From Euryarchaeota archaeon UBA495 (GTDB lineage Archaea > Thermoplasmatota > Poseidoniia > Poseidoniales > Poseidoniaceae), in contig DALQ01000001.1 of NCBI GenBank assembly GCA_002496845.1, positions 1 through 51,206 on the forward strand: 51,206 bases of DNA, written 5' to 3'. The stretch's first letter is position 1; every line of letters starts with the position of its first letter. Below the pieces are notes generated by a model. It ran no database searches and was not told the origin of the DNA. It saw only the letters and a list, made by a program, of their open reading frames with translations. The position numbers and the translations under genes were made by a program. Below, piece after piece: positions 45,104 to 51,206 of this stretch.

Positions 45104-46261
45104 GTGGTGACGCTGGCGCGTTACCCCTTCTTGCCGCAGGCTTCGCCTTGGATTGCGGCCTTGGCCGGCCAGCACCGCATCACGCTCGATGAATTGCTGC
45201 AAGGCAGCTTCATGGAACCCGCAAGGGCTCGGGCAAGGATCCGGCTCATCGAAACGGTCGAGGCCGAGGAAGGCGTCAGCCTCTCAGGTGGAGATTTGCA
45301 CAGCGAGAACGGCCGCCTGGTCGAGGCTTTTTCGTTCTACTACGCGCGGCTGGTGGTGTGCGCCACGCGCGACGAACGACTCGTGGCCAGATGGGCGTTG
45401 GCCGAAGCGCAGCGCGCCGAACGCCTGCTTCGAAACGACGAGCGGGCGCTTTCCGTGGTGGCCAGGACGTTTTTCTCGGAGATTTCATCGCGCGAACACC
45501 GTGGACCCTCCGGCCGTGGCGACCGAGGAACGGCGCTGCCGCACCTCGAATGGGCCATTGGCATGCCAGATTTCATCGAGGTCTGCCCGAAAATCACCGG
45601 CGATCGCTGGCGTCTGGCCAACACCGAATTGTCCGATGGAAGCATTCGGCTTCACAGCGAGGCGCAATACAGTTCGTCGGCCAAAGTCGCTCGGCTGCTC
45701 AGGGAACGCATCAAGGCCAGCATTGAAGCGGACGCGTTGGAGAAAGTCGCCGAAGTCAACGACGATTTGGCGGAACAATTGGCCCTTCCAATCGGCATTG
45801 TGCGCAACCTGATGGAAGCGCGCGTGCAACAAAGCATCGCCCTGACCGGCGCAGACGAGGCGGATTGGCCGCCGTGCATGCGGCGCATCGTGGCTGATTT
45901 GTCCAACGGGGTCAACGTCAACCATTTCGGTCGCGTCTTTCTGGCCTCGATGGGCTCCACGATGGAGTTGCCACAAACCACGACCGTGGATTTCTTCCGT
46001 GGCGCTCCTGACTTCAGCGAAGCCACCACCTCGTACCAAGTGGGTCACGTCTACGAGCAGGGCTACACGCCTGCTGGGTGTGCGAAGTTGAAGGTCAACC
46101 ACAACTGTCCTGTGTTGCCCGGTGACGACCGTTTGTGCGATCGTGAATGGCTCACGCATCCGCTGAAGTACGTGCGCTCGAAGCAACGTTGGAAGCAACG
46201 TATGGAAGAGGAGGCCACACCGGTGGTCCAAACCGACCCGGCGCCCGCCACCGACGTGTGA
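45104..46261 (+). CDS. priL: DNA primase large subunit PriL
   Basis: WPPCMRRIVADLSNGVNVNHFGRVFLASM plus three further Cys (GCAKL, HNCP, RLCD) as Fe-S ligands. The start is uncertain, with GTGs at 45068, 45104 and 45107. The track start at 44969 lies inside mptE. Confidence 0.8.
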   Translation: MVTLARYPFLPQASPWIAALAGQHRITLDELLQGSFMEPARARARIRLIETVEAEEGVSLSGGDLHSENGRLVEAFSFYYARLVVCATRDERLVARWALAEAQRAERLLRNDERALSVVARTFFSEISSREHRGPSGRGDRGTALPHLEWAIGMPDFIEVCPKITGDRWRLANTELSDGSIRLHSEAQYSSSAKVARLLRERIKASIEADALEKVAEVNDDLAEQLALPIGIVRNLMEARVQQSIALTGADEADWPPCMRRIVADLSNGVNVNHFGRVFLASMGSTMELPQTTTVDFFRGAPDFSEATTSYQVGHVYEQGYTPAGCAKLKVNHNCPVLPGDDRLCDREWLTHPLKYVRSKQRWKQRMEEEATPVVQTDPAPATDV

Positions 46262-46360
46262 AGCCCGCAGCGTTGGCCGTCGCCTCAGAACCGGCCTTAG
46301 GAAGAGGATTCGACACAGGTCTTGAAGGGAAGGAGCCCCCTCGTCGGGTCAGAGCCGACC

Positions 46361-47479
46361 ATGGACCGTATCCTCGTCCTGACCGTTGACCGTGACGATG
46401 ACCTTGGCAACAAGACGTCCATCCGCGGTCCTGTGGTCAACCGAAGGAACGTCCTGACCGCCGCCCTCAAGCTCGGGATGGCCGACCCAGAGGAAAGCGA
46501 CACCAACGCCATTCTGGGAGCCTTGGCCCAATACGACCGGCTGCTCGAATCCAAGGGCGCTGAAGACGAAGTTGAGGTGGCGGTGCTCACCGGCGACGAA
46601 AAAGTGGGGCAGCGCTCGGACCGCGCCATTTCAGCCCAGCTTGACGAGGTGGTGAACGCCTTCCAGCCGGACCGTTGCATCGTCGTGACCGACGGTGCAG
46701 AAGACGAAGCCGTGCTTCCCCTGATTCAATCCAGGGTCAAGATCGAGCACATCGAGAAGATCATCGTCAAGCAATCCAAGGGCATCGAAGGCACCTACTA
46801 CTACATCGTCAAAGCGCTGGAAGACCCAAAGTGGCGCTCTCGATTCATGATTCCCGCCGGCCTCATCTTGGCCATCCTCGGCCTTGGCGTGATGCTGCCT
46901 GACGCCATCGGCAGCGTGGTGCTTGGCGGGTTGCCGTTGCTCACCGGATTGTACATCTTCGCCAAAGGCGCAGGCATCGACGACAACGTGAACCGCGTGA
47001 TGCAAGAGATGCGTGAGAACGCAGACGCGGCCATGTTCACCTCCTTGCTTTGGACGGCCACGCTGTTCAGCGCGCTTTTCGCCTTCGCGGAAGGGTGGCG
47101 TCAATACGAGATCCTGACCGAAACCACGGGCGCTTCGGCGTCCGTGTGGCTGGAAACGTTGCACAGCGCTCTCGCATGGATTGTCTTGGCCTTCCTGACG
47201 TCCACCGCCGGTTTCATGATGCTGCGAATCAAGCGGGGGAACTTCTCTGGGCGCATGGTCATCCTCTCCATTTTCGGCCTCGTCGTGTACTCCTTCGTCG
47301 ATTCCTCCCTGACCATCGCCAGCGAAGTGCTGGCAGGGGAGTTCACCTTCGAGGTGCAAAGCATTCTCAGCGAATTGACGATGCCCATGATTTGGATCGT
47401 CGTGCTGTGGTTCGCCATGGTGGTCAACCGCAGCCTCAAGGAGCGGCAACCGTACAACGTGCCCTACCGTGGCGTTTGA
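46361..47479 (+). CDS. DUF373-family archaeal membrane protein
   Basis: MDRILVLTVDRDDDLGNKT...ADPEESDTNAILGAL N-terminal soluble domain followed by ~6 TM helices. Confidence 0.75.
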   Translation: MDRILVLTVDRDDDLGNKTSIRGPVVNRRNVLTAALKLGMADPEESDTNAILGALAQYDRLLESKGAEDEVEVAVLTGDEKVGQRSDRAISAQLDEVVNAFQPDRCIVVTDGAEDEAVLPLIQSRVKIEHIEKIIVKQSKGIEGTYYYIVKALEDPKWRSRFMIPAGLILAILGLGVMLPDAIGSVVLGGLPLLTGLYIFAKGAGIDDNVNRVMQEMRENADAAMFTSLLWTATLFSALFAFAEGWRQYEILTETTGASASVWLETLHSALAWIVLAFLTSTAGFMMLRIKRGNFSGRMVILSIFGLVVYSFVDSSLTIASEVLAGEFTFEVQSILSELTMPMIWIVVLWFAMVVNRSLKERQPYNVPYRGV

Positions 47480-47605
47480 GAGACGGCCGCGTCGTGCTGT
47501 GTGCCTTTGTTGGGGTCATGGCGACCACCTTGGCCTTCCCACCAAGCCTGCCTGACATGAGCGAAACCGAGCAAGCCTGAAACGGAATGGGGCCAAGGTG
47601 GCCTC

Positions 47606-48007
47606 ATGGTCAGCACGGAGGACCTCGTACGGCTCGCCTCAATGGCAGGGTATGACCGCATGTTGGCCATGGACGCCGTGGCACGAGCCAACGGCGTCAC
47701 GGCTGCCGACGTGCAACGCGCCCTTGACGCCCATCTTGGCGGGGCCCAACCGAGCGATGGAACGTCCACACCGCCACCGTTCGCCACCGTACCTGACGTT
47801 CCTGCTCCACCTTCGGCGGCAGAGAACCTTGACCTCTCAGAATACCGGTACGGATACGACCCCACCACGGACGCCAAAACCCGCCGATCGCAGGTCAGCC
47901 AAGCCATCCGTTGCCCGACGTGTGGAGCGGCCCTCGGTATTCCTGACGTGCGCCCGATCAAGGTGACCTGCCCTGCGTGCGCAGCGACCCACACGTTCAC
48001 CGATTGA
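47606..48007 (+). CDS. small protein with UBA-like N-terminal helix bundle, Pro-rich linker and C-terminal zinc ribbon
   Basis: LVRLASMAGYDRMLAMDAVARANGVTAADVQRALDAHL (UBA-like pattern, by eye only). CPTCGAALGIPDVRPIKVTCPAC. Confidence 0.5.
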   Translation: MVSTEDLVRLASMAGYDRMLAMDAVARANGVTAADVQRALDAHLGGAQPSDGTSTPPPFATVPDVPAPPSAAENLDLSEYRYGYDPTTDAKTRRSQVSQAIRCPTCGAALGIPDVRPIKVTCPACAATHTFTD

Positions 48008-48044
48008 GCGCGGCATTGATGGCCAAGCAGCAGGTCGATGCAAC

Positions 48045-48860
48045 ATGGACGGACGCAGCCCTCGTCTTTGGCCCTACAGTCCGGCTTCATCCCCCGTGGC
48101 CCTGCCCGAAACCGACGTCCTGCACACGCCTGAAGCGACGTGGACGCTCAACCCGCCAGCCGCAACCGACAACGGCACGTTGGAGCTTGAAGGGCTAAGG
48201 GATTGGGCAGCGTCCTACACCGATGCACAGGGCGTGATGCTGTCGGAGCTGCTGAAGGCCAAAGGGGCCGCACCGCTCGAGCAACGCTGGCCGCTTCTGT
48301 TGCTTGGCGAATTGGCCAACCCCTACCGGTTGGCTGCCTTGCAGTGCGAAGTGGTGCCCATCCTTCGCGTGCGCCTCTCTGATCTGTGCAGAACATGGGC
48401 CGATGGACAGGACGCACGTCACATTCAGCCCGGCCTTCATCACGTGACCATGGCACGTTCACCCGGCTGGTGGGAAGTGGCCCACCTCGGCCTGTTCACG
48501 CGCCCAGAAATGAAGCGCCTCACCATGTGGCTGGGCGAAGACCGCCCTGGAGTCTGGAAACCCGTTCGACCCGCAGAAGGAAGCCTTCACGTGGAAACAG
48601 GTGCGCTTGAGCACCCCGGCCGCGATGACATCCAATGGAACGGAGAAGAGGAACGCGTTGAACGCCCAGCCCCAGCCGCCACGGGGCCCGCGATTGACTT
48701 CTCGATGGTGATGGTCCCCGTGCACGTTCGTCGAGGATGCTACGATCATCGTGGCCGCCTCGCACGCTGCGTGCACTATCCGCAACGCCCCTTTCACGAA
48801 AACGTGTTTCGCCGAGGTTCGGCAAGAAATTGGGACGATGTGCTGAACGTCCACCGCTGA
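48045..48860 (+). CDS. hypothetical protein
   Basis: 271-aa ORF, same strand and tight spacing with its neighbours. No motif recognised. Confidence 0.45.
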   Translation: MDGRSPRLWPYSPASSPVALPETDVLHTPEATWTLNPPAATDNGTLELEGLRDWAASYTDAQGVMLSELLKAKGAAPLEQRWPLLLLGELANPYRLAALQCEVVPILRVRLSDLCRTWADGQDARHIQPGLHHVTMARSPGWWEVAHLGLFTRPEMKRLTMWLGEDRPGVWKPVRPAEGSLHVETGALEHPGRDDIQWNGEEERVERPAPAATGPAIDFSMVMVPVHVRRGCYDHRGRLARCVHYPQRPFHENVFRRGSARNWDDVLNVHR

Positions 48861-48913
48861 ATCGATGGGACATCCCACGGCAGGTTGAAGTCCTCAGGCG
48901 TCGATATATCTTC

Positions 48914-49165
48914 ATGAACGGCAAAGGATCTCAGAAGGCAGCTCGATTGGAACGCCTGAAGGACGAAATCCTGGCGTACGTGGAAACAAATCCCAACTGC
49001 ACCGCGGCGGACATCGTCGATCATTTGGCCAACGTCCGCCGAATGCGGAACCATGGACTGACGGCCCGCAAGGTGGGCTACTTCATCCCGAGGTACCTGA
49101 AGGAAGCCGTGGCCTTCACGATGGACGCCACCACGGGGAAGCGCCTCTACCGCGTTGCGGCCTGA
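48914..49165 (+). CDS. small winged-helix-like DNA-binding protein (83 aa)
   Basis: LERLKDEILAYVETNPNCTAADIVDHLANVRRMRNHGLTARKVGYFIPRYL has the pattern of a wHTH. Start set at ATG 48914, because the track start at 48737 overlaps the preceding gene. Confidence 0.5.
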   Translation: MNGKGSQKAARLERLKDEILAYVETNPNCTAADIVDHLANVRRMRNHGLTARKVGYFIPRYLKEAVAFTMDATTGKRLYRVAA

Positions 49166-49186
49166 GCACGGCACCTTGATGCAGCG

Positions 49187-49885
49187 ATGCGCCTTCACGG
49201 GTGCATGGCCCCCCGCCTTCCCACGGCCGAGGACGTGTTTCCGAGCCTGGAACGCGGCGAAGGCCCCCGCTTTCCGGACGGGCCGGTGTGGACCTTGCTG
49301 GACACGGAGTCAGCAGACGGATTGCGCGCACAGCTTACAGCGGCCATCGCTCAAACAGAGGGGCTTGTGGAAACCCACGGAGACCACTACACGGTGGACG
49401 AGCGCAACGGGCGCGTGGCCGTCCACCGTACCGCCGTCATCGAAGCGGCCGCTCACCTCATCGGCCCGTGCCTGATCGAAGCGGGTGCGGTCGTCCGCCA
49501 TGCGGCCTACGTTCGCTCGTGGACGTGGGCCTGCAAAGACAGCGTCATTGGCCATTGCACCGAGGTGAAGCACAGTGTCCTTCTTCCCGGAGCCAAAGCC
49601 CCGCACTTCAACTATGTCGGTGACAGCATTCTCGGCGCGGGCGTGAACCTCGGTGCTGGGGTGAAATTGTCGAACCTCCGTCACGACGGAGGCGAAGTGC
49701 ACGTGTGGATCGACGACCAACGCGTGGGGACGGGCGTTCGGAAATTCGGCGCCGTGCTCGGCGACGGCGTCCAAGTCGGCTGCAACGCCGTGACCAATCC
49801 TGGCTGTGTTCTTGCCCCGGGTTCAACCGTGGACCCGAACACCACCGTCAACGGCGTGCACCTTGACGCACGGCGGCATCGTTGA
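49187..49885 (+). CDS. left-handed beta-helix (hexapeptide-repeat) acetyltransferase, GlmU C-terminal-domain type, lacking a nucleotidyltransferase domain
   Basis: PHFNYVGDSILGAGVNLGAGVKLSNLRHDGGEV...RKFGAVLGDGVQVGCNAVTNPGCVLAPGSTV. Only ~75 aa precede the LbH. Alternative ATG at 49205. Confidence 0.8.
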   Translation: MRLHGCMAPRLPTAEDVFPSLERGEGPRFPDGPVWTLLDTESADGLRAQLTAAIAQTEGLVETHGDHYTVDERNGRVAVHRTAVIEAAAHLIGPCLIEAGAVVRHAAYVRSWTWACKDSVIGHCTEVKHSVLLPGAKAPHFNYVGDSILGAGVNLGAGVKLSNLRHDGGEVHVWIDDQRVGTGVRKFGAVLGDGVQVGCNAVTNPGCVLAPGSTVDPNTTVNGVHLDARRHR

Positions 49886-49894
49886 GGTGATCGC

Positions 49895-51206
49895 GTGAAC
49901 CTGTTTGGGACCGACGGCATCCGCGGCGAAGTGGACCTGAGTCCGTGTGGAACACGCGAAGCGATTGATGCCTTGATCGACGGGCGTCGCCTCACGGTCC
50001 CTCTTGCATGGCTTGCAGGACAATCCCTCGCCAGAACGCTCGATTGCGAGGGCGCGTCCGTGGTTATCGGATGGGACGACCGACCCGGTAACCCTGCCCT
50101 CGTCCAAGCCGTGAAGGATGCGTTCTGTGGTGCTGGATGGGAGGTCACCCTTGTCGGACCATGCGCAACACCGCTGGTGCATCACGTGCTTCTCAACCAA
50201 GGTTCGACCGCTGGAATCATGATCACAGCCAGCCACAACCCGGTCGAAGATTCGGGATTGAAGGTCTTCGATGAGGCGGGTCGCAAATCCACCCCAGCGA
50301 TGGAGCAAAGCATCACACGCACGATGCTGGATCTCGCCCAGGAGGACCATGACCTCGTTCACCTGATGCAAGGTTCGGTCAAACCCCTGCCCAGCGACGT
50401 TGACGTCGATGAGGTGCACGGGGCATGGTTGACCGCCAGAATGGACGACCTTGAGACGATGTTCCCGGAAACGGAAGGGGCCTTAATCCACGATGCACAT
50501 GCTCCGCTCCTGCTTGACCTGAGCCGGGGATCGGCCATCGGTTGGCTCCCCGCTTGGCTCGAGGCCAACGGCCTCGACGTGCAGGAAGTCAGCCATGCGG
50601 CCACGGCCATGAACCGGCATTGCGGCGCAGGCGAACTGTCGCCCGGACAACGGTGGACGTGGGCTCAAGCCTTGCAGGAAGACCATCTTCTCCTCCGGCA
50701 GGTGCGTGAAGCGCCTGAAGGAACCATGCTTGCCGCTGCGCTTGACGGAGACGGGGACCGATGCCTCATGCTGGTCGCTGAAACGGACGGGCCGGCGGTG
50801 GTGGACGGCGATGCAATGGCGCTCCGTTTGCTCAAGGCAGCCGCCAAGGACAGGGCATGGACGGTCGCGGCTTCGATCGAATCAGACCTGGCCTTGACCA
50901 GCCGTGCATCGGCCATGCCGCACGTGAATCAGGTGCTGGAAACCGCCGTGGGCGACCGATGGCTTTCCGTGGCGCTTGCCGAAGGCAACACGGCCGCGTT
51001 GCCGGCCGTCATGGGCGTGGAGGATTCCGGCCACCTTGTCCTGCCTTCTCGCCGCGAAGGAGGCTGGTCGCTTGTTGGAGACGGAGCCGCCAGCCTCGTC
51101 GCGGTGCTCCTCGCCGGCCTTGGCCGCCAAGGCGGCGTCCAACAAACCGGCGGCTGGAAGCGGCGGACCTCCATCGCACCGTCGGACCGCTCACGTTGGA
51201 CGGGCA
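49895..51206 (+). CDS. glmM: alpha-D-phosphohexomutase (phosphoglucosamine mutase-like), partial at the window end (absent from ORF track)
   Basis: Manual translation from GTG 49895 gives VNLFGTDGIRGE, active-site ITASHNP, metal loop ALDGDGDRCLM and sugar loop GVEDSGH. The frame stays open to 51206. Confidence 0.85.
   Translation, partial: MNLFGTDGIRGEVDLSPCGTREAIDALIDGRRLTVPLAWLAGQSLARTLDCEGASVVIGWDDRPGNPALVQAVKDAFCGAGWEVTLVGPCATPLVHHVLLNQGSTAGIMITASHNPVEDSGLKVFDEAGRKSTPAMEQSITRTMLDLAQEDHDLVHLMQGSVKPLPSDVDVDEVHGAWLTARMDDLETMFPETEGALIHDAHAPLLLDLSRGSAIGWLPAWLEANGLDVQEVSHAATAMNRHCGAGELSPGQRWTWAQALQEDHLLLRQVREAPEGTMLAAALDGDGDRCLMLVAETDGPAVVDGDAMALRLLKAAAKDRAWTVAASIESDLALTSRASAMPHVNQVLETAVGDRWLSVALAEGNTAALPAVMGVEDSGHLVLPSRREGGWSLVGDGAASLVAVLLAGLGRQGGVQQTGGWKRRTSIAPSDRSRWTG

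Overview
This is a visibly GC-rich, very tightly packed archaeal chromosomal segment with about 50 genes. The archaeal assignment rests on the PolD large subunit (DP2), primase PriL, FEN-1, RNA polymerase subunit D, the uS13-uS4-uS11 operon, aTrm11-like and MptE-like genes, pantoate kinase, DUF373 and a class-III-signal-peptide pilin. A planktonic euryarchaeote such as Poseidoniales is a guess, not a demonstrated result. Between these housekeeping genes sit accessory or bacterial-type modules:

- A surface-glycan cluster (wecB, PP-loop enzyme, three glycosyltransferases, epimerase) lies next to a pilin-like gene.
- One protein ends in 21 tandem GPPS/T tetrapeptides.
- A Zn-ribbon, GNAT and CE4-deacetylase gene string may form an operon.
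- A lipoyl domain is fused to a bacterial homodimeric AceE-type pyruvate dehydrogenase E1.
- A class II CPD photolyase fused to an FAD-oxidoreductase domain is followed directly by an Fe-S (6-4)-type photolyase.
- A lipobox BNR/Asp-box beta-propeller protein is present.
- A stand-alone GlmU-type hexapeptide acetyltransferase sits next to a phosphohexomutase.

One tRNA-Arg(TCG) is present. I saw no rRNA, CRISPR array, transposase, integrase or intein. Two edge-truncated genes (1..680 minus, 49895..51206 plus) are missing from the ORF track and were found by manual translation. Many long track ORFs are antisense shadows typical of high-GC DNA. All family assignments come from motifs read by eye; no searches were run. 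The best candidates for something new are the lipoyl-AceE fusion, the photolyase-flavoprotein fusion with its partner, the GPPS-repeat protein, the QueC-like PP-loop enzyme in the glycan cluster, and an uncharacterised UBA-like/Zn-ribbon, unknown, wHTH trio. I cannot show that any of them is truly undescribed.
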